This document shows positions 13,461 through 29,289 of a stretch of DNA of 64,000 nt, in pieces. The DNA comes from the human T2T-CHM13v2.0 reference genome, Homo sapiens. Within the stretch, counting starts at the first letter, position 1. Each line of letters starts with the position of its first letter. The notes beneath the pieces were generated by a model. The model did no database searches and was not told the origin of the DNA. It saw only the letters and a list, made by a program, of their open reading frames with translations. Location: assembly GCF_009914755.1 (NCBI RefSeq), contig NC_060933.1; one strand, 5' to 3'. Made by a program: the position numbers and the translations under genes.

Positions 13461-14914
13461 TACAACTGCAAAAGGTTGACTCTCATATACTTCGCTCTTT
13501 AAAATTTTGGCCTAGGACCTGTGACTCAAATGTTTTATTTAGTTGATTTTCTAAGTAGTATAGACCTGCTAGTCAAAATTATACAATTACTCTTTGGTAA
13601 TGGAACCTCTGCATGATGAGAACTAGACAGCCAAGACACTGGAAAATTTTTTAACCATTAGAAAATGCATGAGTAATTTATTTCCTCCATTGGAATTCAG
13701 TGATGGCATTAAGAAAACTCATTCCTGCAACCTAACGAGGAACATAAATGCTTTAATGTGGTCTGCTAAAGTAGTCACACAGAGTAAAACTGCCTCTTGA
13801 GTCACTATAACTAGTAAAACCATTTAGTAGTAGAAGATGAAATTTAGACAAGGCAGGCTAAAGAGAAAAGCTAACTAACTGCTTCTTAATGATGAGCTCA
13901 CGGTACTTCAACCACATCTAAGGGAAAGAATCATGAAGTTCAAACCATATTAATTTCCAAGTCATTGACATTGCTAATGTATGAGAGGGTGAAATGTTGA
14001 CAACTTGAACTCTTGAGACCTTGAATAAACCAGAGTCTATTCATCCTACGAGTCATGAATTTGAGAAGTAAGGGGAAGACTGCATATGCAATTTTTCTGA
14101 GTTTTAATTTCTTCAGGGGAAATGAGGAAGGAGAAGGTCAAAGCAACCCACAACATTTTCTAACTCAACATTCTATGAGTGCAAGAACACTTATTAGCGC
14201 CACCTACCTGAAACGTTATCATTTTAACACTGGCCAGATTTTTAAAATATTGCCATGTAATATGTGGGTAATAGGTAATGTTCCAGCACATTTAAATCGT
14301 TATTCAGGAATCTGAATATTTTCCTTTAATCAACTTCAAACATACGCTGGTTTAAATTACTAATTCCTGCCTCTGAGACAGTCACATTCACAAAAGTGGC
14401 TCTTCTCAACAGATAACGTATTGGATACTCAAATTAATTCTGCTTTCCAATATCTTGACAATAAGAAGGAACAGAAGTAAACTGACCTCTTGCTTGGTTA
14501 ATTATTTTGTTCTTATTTAGATATAGCCTGCATTCTTCCCAACTAATCTATAAAACTCCGTAAAGATAGGTCCATATACATCTTTTTAACAACTTCATAC
14601 TCAGTATTTCGCATGTTGTCATTATAATAAATATATGTTGAATAAATGAAGAAACTACCAACAGAGACAACATCTGAAACTCAAACAGAAAGACGAGCTC
14701 CTCCCAAGAGAAAGTTAGGGTGTGCTATGCTTTGGCTCAAACTCCGCCTCACAGAAACAACCCGACTATGCCTAAGGGGGAGGGAATGGTAAGGTGGAGC
14801 TAAGCAGAGGTAAAGATAAGAAAATGATATGGCTTCCTGCTTCCTTCTGAAGTAGAACTCTATAGCATTGCTTTAAAGTTTGGAGACAGCAAGGTCTCAA
14901 GAGAAAAGCCAAGT

Positions 14915-15112
14915 CTCCTTAGCTGGCTACTCCTTATCTGTGTGACCTTAGGCAAGTTACTTAATTCTCCTGAATCTTGGTTTCCTCTACTGAAAAATGA
15001 GTAAGGAGTAACAATATTTATCACATAAGAGCTGTTGGTGAGGACGAAAAAGACAGTGGATGCAAAGTTATCTGTTTACACCATGGCCTCAGTAAGTGGT
15101 GGCAATTATTAT
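14915..15112 (+). mobile_element. MIR
   Basis: tgtgaccttaggcaagttacttaattctcctgaatcttggtttcctc. Confidence 0.8.
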
Positions 15113-17244
15113 TAATTAGTTTGGAGTAAATTCCTGGAAAACTGACCCATCCAGTTTTAAAGGGAATCAGAATTATTCATGCTTAAGAGGTGCATAGCTG
15201 ATCTCAGCCATATAGAGATAAATCTGGTGAGAACTAGCAACAGGAGCATCCTGGGAAGGAAAACAAGAGTTCTTGCATGCAAGGGGGAAGCCTGGTGCAG
15301 GGAGCGGTCTGTGGAAGAATGACACAGCAGTTCTGGGCCTTTGCTTTGCAGATGGGCACGGGCACAGAAGGAGGCACTGGAGCCTCAGGTCTTGCTGCAG
15401 CAACTGGCAACCTAAGCAAGCACCCCTAGTTTTCTCTTCCTCCCTCGGTTGGGTGTTCCATCCTGAGGCAGGTTATTTTACCCCGTCCTAGAAAGACAGG
15501 ACAGAATTTGCCACACTCCTAAAGATGGTTCTGGGTCACGTTATGTTACCAAAAAAAAAAAAAAAAGTAAGTAAGTTACGCCCACACAATGATAGCCTTG
15601 AAAGGAAAATTAAGAAAAGCTACCGAAGGTTTTAAAGCAGGACTTATGGAAGAGGCAGTGACTTTCAGATTGTATTGATCTCTCTGATATGGAGCTCCAT
15701 CCTAGCACAATGGCAAAATATGGGGCCGATCAGTATTCTCTGGGCCAAAGAATACTCAAAATTCTCTGTGTGCTGTAGTAATTCCATGTGAGTATCTCCT
15801 ATTGACTGCAAGAGTGACTTGAATCCTGGAAAAGCCAGTAACTGCAAGAGCTTTCAGGAACTCTGGAATGTATAAAGTCTTGGGATAAAGATATACAGCA
15901 GACCTATCCGGGACTTCTGTAAGACCAAAGGTTCTATTAAGACAGAAACCCAACATATTATCATGGGATGAAACCACTGCATAAAGTCAGGTGAAGCCAA
16001 GGAGCTCTGAACTCCCTTGAGGAAGGAAAAGCAAGGGAGAAGCAATTCTGATTCAATTAAAAAACAATGCTGCTAAGGGTCATAGAATGAAATGTTCTTC
16101 ACTTCCCATTTCCAAGTTCTGTCCAGGGACCCGAGGGACACAGGCAAAGAAATGGTGGCATCGGAATGTACTTTGTGTTGAAATTGTTTGGGATCACATA
16201 ATTTGTTGGGATCAGTACATGTCTAACTTAGAAAACTTTGATGAGCCCCACTGTATCCATTTCTCATCCTCAAACCAGGAGAATTTCTCCCCATACTTAT
16301 AAGAACAAAAGGGAAGGGGCCAGGAGAATCACACAGTTATCAAGTGATCAGGGCCTTGTTGTCAGGGAATACAAATAAAGCAAATTTTTTGAAAGACAAA
16401 AGGGTAAAGTAGAAATTCATAAAGAGAAGTCTAAGGTGGCAAAAAAAAAAAAAAAAAAAAGAAGAAGATGGGAACCGCTCTCATGAATGATGATGAATTT
16501 AGTTTTAAAATGCTGTTTTAAATGCTGACGGGACCTCTAGGCACAACTGACAAGGGAGTATAGGGGAGGAGTCGGGGCTGAGCCGGAGAGGGGCTGTCCA
16601 TGCGAATGTAACAGGTGAAGCTCTGAGAGTACATAACCCTCCAGTGCAATGATACATTCTCATATGTGTAGCCAAGACCAAATTTCTACCACGATAAATC
16701 TCAAAAGGATGCACCTGCAAAGATCTACTTTGTATATAAAATCATATTCATCATTATAAAATCTCATGTATTAACTAAGTGTCTGGTCTCATTAGATGAA
16801 GCTGCAAATACAGCCAGGGCAAGGGAAGAGCTGTAGCATCGCAGTACAGGTACCGTTCTACAAAGTGCTTCTTAATCCCCTATGTATGCATGTATCCATG
16901 TGCAAGCCTCTAGGCCTTCAGGTAAACACATCTTTGCTCTTAATAATCTGTGAACACAATATGAAATGAAAAATGATCAAAATGATGATGCTTCCTCTCT
17001 ACATACAGCCCAAATACAGAAATTGCTGGTGCCACCTATTGTTGAAAACACAGAACTGAAGAGCCACACAGTGGAACTCTGCTCTGTTATCTCTCTGAGT
17101 ATGAAGTTTCAAAATCTACCCACCAGAAGGGCCAGAGAAAGAGGGTTCATCCTACTCTAAAATAAAACAAACATGTCATGGACATTAACAACTCCTACAT
17201 AATGCTTTGTTGAGTACAGCAAGATTCTAGCAATAGTTAACTGT

Positions 17245-17560
17245 TTTAATGTAAAAAAATCATGAGGCAGTTTTGTATATATGGATGGGGAATGAGCTCC
17301 AAAATTAGTTGTTAGGTGTAAAAAACAAGGTTCATAACAGTGCGTATGATATGCTACCACTGAGGAAAAAGGTAATATCCATGTATAAAAGATGTGAGGA
17401 AGGATACACGAGGGAACAGCAACATTGGCCATCTCTGAGGAGGAAGCCTGAAGGCATGGGCTGGAATTAGAGAGATTTGCTTTCGCTGAAATCGCTTTCA
17501 CTTTGTGCAAAAATTTTACCATGCGCACATACTTTCAAAAGATTTTAAGAATAATTGTTT
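17245..17560 (+). mobile_element. L1ME-type 3' fragment
   Basis: aaaaaacaaggttcataacagtgcgtatgatatgctacc ... gaaggatacac; degenerate L1ME 3' UTR. Confidence 0.55.
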
Positions 17561-18949
17561 TAAAGATAAATACTAATTTTGAAAACAATAGTTAATATTA
17601 AACTATTGTACATAAAGAAAGAATTGCAAGTTGTCTAACTTTGGTTGGTTAGCATGACCAGAGTTCTGGATCTGAGCAAAAGAGCACAACCTACTGGAAT
17701 GACAGAAAAGTTATAGTGGGTCTTTAAAAGATTGTAAAGGAGGGCTGGAGAAGTGTCTCCTGCACAGTGTTATCCTTAAACGTAAAGTATTCACGGTACA
17801 TTTAAAAGTGCCCTGAAGCACGGATATTTTCTGGTTCTCTGGATTTATTAAGATGAAGAAAAAAATATTTCCAGTTTTATTAACATTTGCTTTTTAAAGA
17901 GCTTTGATATAAAAAGGTTTTTATTACAATATTACTTCTTATTCAAAAGTAAAAGAAAGAGAACTCTAACAACACATGAAGCTCTTTCAGCTATTTTATA
18001 ACACATATAAAAGCTAAGTGGAAATTTATACTTGAATACACATCACATCAAATGTCACATCTCCTGAAAAGTGGTTCCTGAGAATAATTTCTGTAAACTT
18101 ACTTATTTCTTAATATTATTCTCCCTAGCTTGGAATAACACTGATATTTACACTGAAGGTGGAGCTCTGAAATTTATTCTGAACATTGCCCAATCAAGGT
18201 AACACTAGGAAGAAAGTAAATCCCTTAATTTCTGAAGAAACTTTGGAAGACAAGGAGGAAAGGACAGGAGACAGCAATAAAATAGTTCCTTGGCATTCCT
18301 GGGGAAAGGACTTCAAAGAAAGGCCGACGGGCCAAGTGAAATGGTATAGGTCAGGTCAAGTCAGTCCTGTAAGTTCAAGCTCCAAAACAGCCCCTCTGAT
18401 CTAAACACATATTTTATATTGAAAATTTAATTTTAAAAAGTGAAAACCAGTAAGCGTCATCAGCCTTAAAGGCCCGATAAATCTCCACCAACTAAGAAAG
18501 AAACAGAAATAAAGAAAGTGGGGCGAAGGTCAATGAAATACCGAACTGCAGGCCAGAAGCAGGCAGGGGCAACAGAGAACTGGACTTGCGAGGGGTATGA
18601 GAACCCAAACTACCATGTGCTAGATGGGAAGGGAGTCTGGCTCACTCCTTCAAGCCAAAGACTGAGGTAGGGCCTCCTCCCTTCTCTGAAAATACCCAGA
18701 TAGCCACACATTTGTAAAAGAAAGCGATAGAAAATGATGGAGGACCTATTATTTGGGGCCCCAGGGGTATCAGCAGCTGTGGACCTAGAAAAGAAGGAAA
18801 GAAGTCTCAGGAAAAGAATTGAGTCAGGTTTTCTGCTTACTCGATGCATCTGTGATACTGCCCAAGTCATCACAGAGCAGGGAAATAGAAGCACCATTAT
18901 AATACCTAATTATGGACTGCGCATGGGGAACCAGGTGAAAGTAACTGTG

Positions 18950-20100
18950 AAACTACAAAAGCATCCGTCAAAGAGGGAGAATAAAAGAAATAGCATAAAA
19001 AGCAAATATCTCTCAAGTTCAAAATGAACCTGCAAACTAAAATTCCAAAACACATAAAAGAATCTAATTCTAAGAAAGCCAAATCCCCCATCCAATTATA
19101 AATTCAGCCCACATGAAATTAATTTCATAGAACAGTCATACAAAGACTTTAAAATAAAAATGTTTAGAGCCAGGTGCAGTGGCTCACATCTATAATCTCA
19201 GCAACTTGGGAGACTGGAGTGGGATGATCACTTGAGCCCAGGAGTTTGAGGCTGTAGTGAGCTATGATTGTGACACTGCACTCCAGCCTAGGCAAGAGAA
19301 TGAGACTGTCTGTAAAAAAGTAAAAAATAAAATAAGATAAATATGTTCAGGATAATTAATGAGATGAATAAAGAAGCATCCATTTAAACAATTATAAATT
19401 TATGAAAATTAAAAAGCAGAGTAAGAACAGGTAGATATAAAAAACAATTAAGAATCTTAGAAAATAAAAGTACAGTCAACTGAACTAGAAAAACTCAATG
19501 GATGAGTTCAAATCTATACGTGACATATTAAAAATGAACAGTAAATTTGAAGATAATGGCAAGGAGCTGTTATCTTACTTTACCTAAGAGGAAGCATGGG
19601 AGAGAAGAGTCTGTTCTCTAAAATTAAGGTTCGGTTGAAAGGCCTGTAAGATAGATTGGCCAGCTCCAATATATATCTAATATCAATTTCTGAAAAGAAT
19701 GGAAAAAAAATTATGAAGATACAATATTTGGAGAGATCTTCCAGAATTAGAGAAAAAGTCCTTAGATAGAAAGCATGAGCAGGAGAAAGATAAATCCACA
19801 TCTAGATACATTATGATGGAACAGAAAAACATCAGAATAAAGCAAAACTCTTAAAGGAACAACAATTAGATGCTTAGGAAACGTCTTAAAAATAAACGTC
19901 AAGGCCAACAATGTAAAAATCTTCAAAGTTCTAAGGAAAACAGCTGTAAATCAATAATCTTATGACCAACTAAGTATTATTCAATCATTAAGGCAAAATA
20001 AGACATTTTCAGGCATTCAAAGATCAAAATTTTTACCAATGTAAACAATGGTCCTACTACTCACAGACCCATATGGGGAATATTAAAGGATGTACTTCAA
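18950..20100 (+). mobile_element. Ancient L1 ORF1-like relic (HAL1 or L1ME 5' region)
   Basis: A-rich, with ORF1-type motifs ataaatccacatctagatacattat, atcttcaaagttctaaggaaaa, ggcaaaataagacattttcag, taaaggatgtacttca; no intact frame. Confidence 0.6.
19167..19335 (+). mobile_element. FRAM (Alu monomer)
   Basis: Single monomer gagcccaggagtttgaggctgtagtgagctatgattg; degenerate TSD aaaatgtttag/aatatgttcag. Confidence 0.85.
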
Positions 20101-20341
20101 ATGAACTTAATGGAAGGCCTGCAACAAAGCCAATCAACAAAGCCCTGTGGTTGTCATTATGTTCCTGTTAAAGCCCCACCCTCTGATCCACAATAGGCAA
20201 TTTGCCCAACCAATACTTTTTTTGGGTAACCAGAAAGCAAGAAAAATAATTTCACTCAACATTTAGCTTTGTATAGGATTTGTATAATTTTAACTTGCTG
20301 TTTTACAACTCAAAAAAATATTTTTAAAAATGAAACAGACA

Positions 20342-20920
<579 letters not shown>

Positions 20921-21584
20921 ATTATCAATAAAGGCTTCTGGAAGTACCCATAATAAAGATGAGGAAGTTGGAGGACACAGAAACGTTATCTAATATTAAG
21001 AGACTATCTGTGTCATTCCTATTCTTTGTTTTTCCTCCTAAAATGTCCAACCACTAGTCATATTTAAATAATTGGCACCAAGATCTAAATAGTGGTAAGT
21101 TAAAAATACCCAGGGAACTTTGACCATCCCAAAGAGCAGACTGTTAATCTTATTATACCTCCAGTGGTAGAATCAGTGTATAGACAAAATGTTTTTGTAT
21201 TTAAGCCAGGTTCTTCTCTGTTTCTAGAATATCATCTGCTACTCCACTTCCAAGACCATTACTACCACCACACGACAGCAATGCTTATATTAATAAGGAG
21301 GATGAGCTCTAATGGCCAATTACATAATTTTGATACCAACGATACAAATACAAAGGTGACATCTTTGACATCTTTTCCAAAGAGAGAGTGTTCCCAGGCT
21401 GTCTTTGATCTTCAAACCTGACAGATGAGGTGAACCCTGATGCTCTTGGTTAGCTATTGCTTCTCTTGTGATCATCTCCATTCAAACACCCCAAGTTATA
21501 GCTGACCACTGTCACCACAGAAACCCTCAATCTAGGCACTAGACAGGCCCCCTCCAAATAGGCTTGTACTTTATACCAGGACCA

Positions 21585-23021
21585 AACTGAAAGTTGAAAT
21601 TACTCCTTGATCCTTGGGCTGCAGAAGGGATGTTGTGTTACCAATCATGAAAACACATTAATCTCCTTGTACATCTCCATCAGAGCTCTTCAGTAACCAG
21701 GTGCATTGTTAATGACTAGTAATATTTTGAAGGAAATCTTTCTTTTTTGAGCAGTAGGTCTCAACAGAGGACTTAAAATACTCAGTAAACCATGACGTAA
21801 AGAGATGTGCTCTCATCCAGGCTTTGTTGTTCCATTTATAGATCACAGGCAGAATAGATTAGCATAATTCTTAAAGGCCCTAGGATTTTCAAAATGGTAA
21901 ATGAACACTGGCTTCAACTTAAAGTTACCAGCTGCATTAGCCCCTAACAAGGGAGCCAGCCTGTCCTTTGAAGCTTTGAAGCCAGGCATTGACTTCTCCT
22001 CTGTAGCTATGAAAGTCCTAGATGGCATCTTCTTCCAATAGAAGGCTGTTTTATCTACATTGAAAGTCTGTTTAGTGTAGCCATCATCATCAGTGATTTT
22101 AGTTAGATCTCCTGGAGAACTTGCTGCAGCTCCTACATCACCACTTGCTGCTTCAACTTGCCCTTTTATCTTATGGAGACAGCTTTTTTTCCTTAAACTT
22201 CATAAACCAACTTCTGCTAGCTTCCAACTTTTCTTGTGAAGCTCCCTCACGTCTCTCAGCCTTTGTAACACTGAAGAGAGTTAGGGCTTAATCTGGATTA
22301 GGCTTTAGCTTGAGGGAATTTTGTGGTCAGTATGACTGTCCATCCAGACCACTCAAACTTTCTCCGTATCAGCAATGAGGATATTTTGCTTCCATATCCT
22401 TCTTGTGTTCATGGGAGGAGCACTTCTAATTTCTTTCAAGAACTTTTCCTTTGCATTCACAACTTGGCTAAATGTTTGACACAATTGGTTTTAGACATGC
22501 CTTCCTCAATAGGCTTAAGCATTTCTAGCTTTTGAGTTAAAGTGAGATATGTGCGACTCCTCCTTTCACTTGAATACTTAAAGGCCATTCTAGGGTTATT
22601 AATTGGCTTAATTTCAATACTGCTGTGTTTTAAGGAATACAAGAGCACAAGGAGAGGGAGAGAGATAGGGAATGGGCACTCTGTGGAACAGTCAGAATAC
22701 ACACAACACTTATTGGTTAAGTTTGTCATTTTAGTCTTATATGGGCCAGTTCATGACACCCTAAAACAATTACAATAGTAACACAAAACATCACTGTTCA
22801 TGGATCTTCGTAATAGATATTATAATAACAATGGAAAAGTTTGAAATATTACTAGAATTATCAAAATGTGACACAGAGACATGAAGTGAGCACATACTGT
22901 TTGGAAAAAATAGTGCCAATGCACTTACTCGATGCAGGTTTGCTACAAACCTTCAATTTGTCAAAAACACAGTATCTGCAAAGTGCAATAAACTGAAGCA
23001 AAATAAAATGAGGTATGCTTG
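21585..23021 (-). mobile_element. Tigger1 5' portion with decayed pogo-like transposase
   Basis: Terminal inverted repeat ...aaataaaatgaggtatgcttg followed by TA at 23022. Track ORF 21843-22028 ([37 protein letters not shown]) is Tigger1 transposase. The other end is missing. Confidence 0.92.
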
Positions 23022-23262
23022 TATTTGTGTGTTTATTGTTAATATAAAGAGCTTAAGTGACCTGCTCAAGGTCATGCAACTATTTCAGAAAATAGGTTTA
23101 TCTGACTATGGACCTCTTAGTCCAAGCTCTTTGCTCCCTAAGAGTCCCTAGAGTTGGAAGGACTCAAAAAGGCATCGCCACATACACTCCATGGCATCAG
23201 TCCTGCCTCAGTTATGCAAGGAAAGCTGCACCTCACTGGACTTAATAAAAATGTGATGAGGG

Positions 23263-23687
<425 letters not shown>

Positions 23688-24429
23688 CTAACGACTTGAT
23701 CTCAGTCATTCAGCCATGCTGGAATTATGTTCAGAAGGTTTCTTGCAGTGATTTAGTCCTTTTGGTAAGTGCCAAACAGAGCAGAAGAATTCATTTACCC
23801 CCAGTTACTCCTACCGGCTCTAGACTAGCACCCTTTCCAATAGCCAGCAGTCCTCCTGTCTGTCCTCTTTGGAACGAAGGTCTTCTGTGAGTGTGAATGT
23901 ATAAATGCAAGTGTCAGTGTGTAAAAACTCCATCGGGGCACTGAAGTATTCCCCAAGCTAGAAAAAAAAATCTGTTATCTTGGATGAAAACCAAGATCAT
24001 TATCATTTAACCACTTTGCTGTACTTAAACATCAATAATAACATGGCTGTGCTCTGGTGAAAACTGATTAAAGAGAACCAAAAGAAAGAAACACAGGACT
24101 GAGTCAATCTCACTATGCAGAAAGCATCCCGGCATACTGATGAACTTCTTTTTCAAATGGTGCCAACTGACAGAAACAACGATCACCTCTAATGAACAAA
24201 ATAACTATGTAAAAGAGATTCTGAGTATGGCTCAAGCTGCTTACTGATTAACGCTTTTGCACACAACACTCTACACAAACCTGTGTAGTCATTGTTCCTA
24301 GTAAAACAAGCCTTTGTTGACAACTGGAGACAAATGATCCTTGCTGACCAAGTTCACTGTTCTCACACAGCTTAATAGCTGGAGTAGTGCTCCCTGGCCA
24401 CAGCTAGGAAAACTTGACGTGGTTGTCAC

Positions 24430-24486
24430 AAAAAAAAAAAAAAAAAAAAAAGAAAGAAAGAAAGAAAGAAAGGAAAAAAAAGAAAA
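24430..24486. repeat. poly-A/(GAAA)n tract
   Basis: Seen directly. Confidence 0.9.
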
Positions 24487-25389
24487 ACTAGAGAAGAGGG
24501 GAAACCTTTGTTCTGAAGGTGAGAAGGAGCCTGAATGATCTCATGCCCTAAACATGTTTGTGGTTTACATCAGTACGTCTCCTTCACTTATTAAAGTTGT
24601 GAGTTTTTAAATAGTTCCTGCTCCAAACAAACAGATTGCAATACTTAAGAATTCCCACTTTTTAAAAGTATTTCCCTTTTCCTCCCTTTTCCACATGGGT
24701 TGGGAGGTGAAGGATTTAATATTTGTTTTTAAGTTAAACAGTTTTTTTGTTACAGTATTTGCAAATATTGGCTGTAACTGTAAGCTGTAGAGGCATACCT
24801 CATTTTAAGAAAACCTGGGTGGAAAAAAATATCTGAAACTTAAAGCACAGCAGTCTAATTTCCACCACATGACCAAACATAATTCACTTCAGGGTTACCG
24901 TCAATGACAAGGTTCCCACAGTGCCTCATTTACTCATAAATATTATTGAGCCCCCACTATGTGTAAGGCAATTTTAGGTGCTGTTTACATAAAACAAGAT
25001 TAATTTTATTAAAGTTTCATCTAATCCCTAAGTTTTTAGGCCCCAAATCTATTACATAAGACAATGCAAACTGGAAAAACAAATCCTTCCAACTGAGACT
25101 AAAACTTCCCTTCTGATTGGCAGATGCCTTTCTTACTTTTTTCCATAACAATTCATTAAAAATATTTTTTTGAAACCAGGATGGGCTCAGCATCGTCTCA
25201 GGTGAGAATCATTTCCAGTTGCACTAAATCTAGGGAATCCTTCACTCTGTAGCTTCATTAGGCACATGTGGCCACTCTTACTCTGCCATGTGGAAATCAC
25301 AGAAATGTTTTAGAAAGCAATTTAGCAATAAGTATAAAGAATCACCAACATGTTCACTTCCTTCACTGATTTATTTCAAAAATAATCCT

Positions 25390-25721
<332 letters not shown>

Positions 25722-27482
25722 TTATAGCAGGTTATTTAGAATACAGAAAATATCCTTCAAAATAACCTAAAACGCCTTTGAAATAATTTAAATATTAAAG
25801 GCATAGCCGGTTAAGTACAGTACAGTCTCTAGACGGAATATTACACAGCCACAAAAATGATGACACAACATGAAGAATGAATAACCACTCATGGCAACTT
25901 TACATTAACTGGAAAAAAATCAGAATGTAGAATTAAGTCTATAATATAACTACAGGTATTTTAACATAAATATGCAAAAAATAAAAAAGTAGTAGTTTTA
26001 CATGAAAGATAGATGAAATCGCTACTTCAGGCTCAGTCTACTGAGCCCTAGGGCATGGCTGAAAATCTACAAATGGCATCATTATCGTTCAAAATGATAG
26101 TACTTTTTTAAACCAGCTGTTTCAGTGTAGCACTTTCATTACCAAATTCTGTTACCATTTTTACCCCAATTCCATAAATGTACATTTAGAAGTACAGTTT
26201 GTCAAACTGTTGATTCTCACCACTTGATTCACCCTCTCATTAATCAGGCATGCCTTTTGTTTTGCAGTATTTTCCCCACTGTTTCATTTGAGATTAACTT
26301 TAAATTGAGAAAATAACTACTGACAGGTTCTTTTCTCTCTTCCTGTTTTGGGACACACTGTAAGCACATTTTGTCTTTCCCAGTTCTCTCCAGCTTCAGC
26401 ATTTTATCAGTTTGATGTGGCTTTAAACAACTTTCCCTTCCCTAGTTAATTCACTAGCCCAGCAGCTGCAAGGGACAAGATGAATCCTTTCCATGTTCCC
26501 CTTATTCTCCCTTTGAGCAGGGACTGTCCAGAACTTCCTCAGAATTTCTACCTAGGAATGTTCTAGACCAGAAATTTTCCTCAGGAATTTCCTGTTGCCA
26601 CCCTGTCCTGCTTCTATACCAGTGAGCACAAAGTCAGGAGTAAGCCTTTAGGACCACTCCGTAAAAAAGCAACTGGGACTTCTCGTTCCTACTTTACATA
26701 AAGTTTATTCCCTGCCCCCTCCCGCTGCGCAAAGAGCTTCCTGAGAGACCGAAACAATGTGGCTAAAAGGAAGGCCAAAAGGAGGGAGGTGATCTCTTAA
26801 TAGAACTCAGTATTTAATCCTCCCCCACCCCTAAGCTCTGCCCAGAATAGATGACACAGAAGGAGAGGGAATTGTTGTTTTGGTGGAGGGGAGGAATATG
26901 ACCGTGAATATACTCCATTCTATTTGAGAATGAGAGAGTCTACCCACATGAGAGAAGATGTAAATCATCCCCCAACATTCTAACTTCCTTCCTGAAATAC
27001 ACCTAGACCTAGCAGTTTACAATAATTTTTAAAAAGTGCCAAATATGCCCCCAACTTACAGTGCTAAAACCACCGTGGCTACCTGAACTCAGAAGGCCCG
27101 TGTGAAGCAACCAAAGAAAGCTTAACCCTTTCTGGGAAGTAGAATAAGTTTTGCCAGTGTTCTCTCAGTTCTTCATAACCAAAAACAAAACAAAACAAAA
27201 TTTACTGAGCACATGTTCTGTCTGTGTGTCATTCCTCATGAGTCAGACACCTTCTTATCCACTATACTGTGTGCCCACTTGACATCTTTCTTCCAGAGTT
27301 GGCTTTAATTAAATCCTTCAGCACTAATGTCCCAAAGCATTCCGTGAGTCAAGCTTTCCCTGGGGTTAAGACTTTTGAAATGACCAGCAGAGAGATGGAC
27401 TCTAACTACTAAGACTACTATAGCCACAGCAGCTACTGCAGTGACTTTTTCACCACGAGGCAGCCAATTCAAAACAAACGTT

Positions 27483-27870
27483 GTTTTTTGTCCCTGCAGT
27501 AGTTTGCTGAGAATGATGGTTTCCAGCTTCATCCATGTCCCTACAAAGGACATGAACTCATCATTTTTTATGGCTGCATAGTATTCCATGGTGTATATGT
27601 GCCACACTTTCTTAATCCAGTCTATCATTGTTGGACATTTGGGTTGGTTCCAAGTCTTTGCTATTGTGAATAGTGCCGCAATAAACATACATGTGCATGC
27701 ACTGTTGTGGGGTGGGGGGAGGGGGGAGGGATAGCATTAGGAGATATACCTAATGCTAAATGACGAGTTAATGGGTGCAGCACACCAACATGGCACATGT
27801 ATACATATGTAACAAACCTGCACGTTGTGCACATGTACCCTAAAACTTAAAAGTATAATTAAAAAAAAAA
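27483..27870 (+). mobile_element. 5'-truncated, 5'-inverted L1PA3/4-type insertion
   Basis: 27483-27699 is the ORF2 C-terminus on minus (FIAALFTIAKTWNQPKCP..). 27701-27870 is the L1 3' UTR plus poly-A on plus. Degenerate TSD caaaacaaacgtt/caaaaaaaatgtt. Confidence 0.92.
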
Positions 27871-28662
27871 CCAAAAAAAATGTTCTCTTAACCCATAGAC
27901 GTTCACGACTTTTTTTTTTTCTCTGCGATGAGGAAGATGAAGTTGTTAGACTACTGTATTCGTATTCCAATGAACGAACCTAGATTACAGGCTGCAGGGT
28001 TGGGGCTATTCCTAGAGACCTAGAGCAAACTCTACTTCATCATTAATGAGAAAACATTTGTGACAACCATCCCAACACATCAGTCGTTGAGATCTTGGTA
28101 TCAAGGTTGAGAACCACCATACTGATGTGCTCTAGCTTTCTATAAATTCAATGTAACAGAAGGTCTACGCTTTGGAGGCTATACTGGATCTGAATAAGTG
28201 ATCTAAAGATTGTTTCTGACTTTTCCATTACCTACTTCCCTCCCTTATTAGATTGCATCTAGGACACTAAATAGGTTTTCATTTAAAAAGACCAACAGCT
28301 GATTACAAAGTATTTTGAAGCTATGTCTAAATGCAGTAGATAAAAGAACTGTGGTTGATTTGTATCATCTACCACGGTCATTAGATTTCAGGAGTGTTTG
28401 CAAATGGCACTTTGTATTTCCTAACTCTGTATCATTAGACCTTTACAGGAATAAAGGATAACAGCCCCATCTCAAACTCATCTGCCTTATTTTAGTCATT
28501 ATTAAGTTACTTTTTTCTAACTTCACTTTTTTTACGTTGAATTATTTCTGCAACCATTTAACTTGATTTTTTTTTCAGTTCCAACTGAAGATAGATAAAA
28601 TTATAGTATGTAAGTAGTGGACACATATTTTATCCTTCTTACAATTAATTCACCATCTAAAG

Positions 28663-29010
28663 CAGCAGTCTCCAACCTTTGTGGCATCAGGGACCAGTTT
28701 CATGGAAGACAATTTTTCCACAGATGTGGGGGAGGTGGGGGGGGGATGGTTTCGGGATGAAACTGTTCCACCTCAGATCATCAGACATTAGTTAGATTAT
28801 CATAAGGAACGCACAACCTAGATCCTCACATGGGCAGTTCACAATAGGGTTTGCGCTCTTATGAGAATCTAACACCAGTGCTGATCTGACAGGAGGCACA
28901 GCTCAGGCAGTCATGTTCACTCACCCACCACTCACCTCCTGCTGTGGGACCCAGTTCCTAACAGGCTACGGACCAGCAGCAGTTCGCGGTCTGGGGATTG
29001 GGAACCCCTG
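28663..29010 (+). mobile_element. MER1B (hAT-Charlie), complete
   Basis: Terminal inverted repeats cagcagtctccaacc / gattgggaacccctg, with an exact 8-bp hAT TSD atctaaag on both sides. Confidence 0.93.
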
Positions 29011-29289
29011 ATCTAAAGCATAACTTCAACGGTCCATTCCTGAGATTTTCTCTCCAAAAAAAAACTAGTAAAAATTATAAACAAGATTACAAGGGAAGAT
29101 TACAAGGGGGTACTAATATTACACTTTATCTTCTTCACATAATCAATATGAATTAGCCTTAAAATCACAGAAAAGTAAAAAAGTTAGAAGAAATTCAAAT
29201 ACAAGTTGGAATCCTAAAAGGAATGAGACAACTATGTAACATAGTCCTGTTCATCAAATCACAGTAAAACCAATATTCAAATAAAAATG

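Noticed and set aside
21843-22729. Transposase-like ORFs as a domesticated TIGD-type gene
   Set aside because: Short, frameshifted pieces of a truncated Tigger1.
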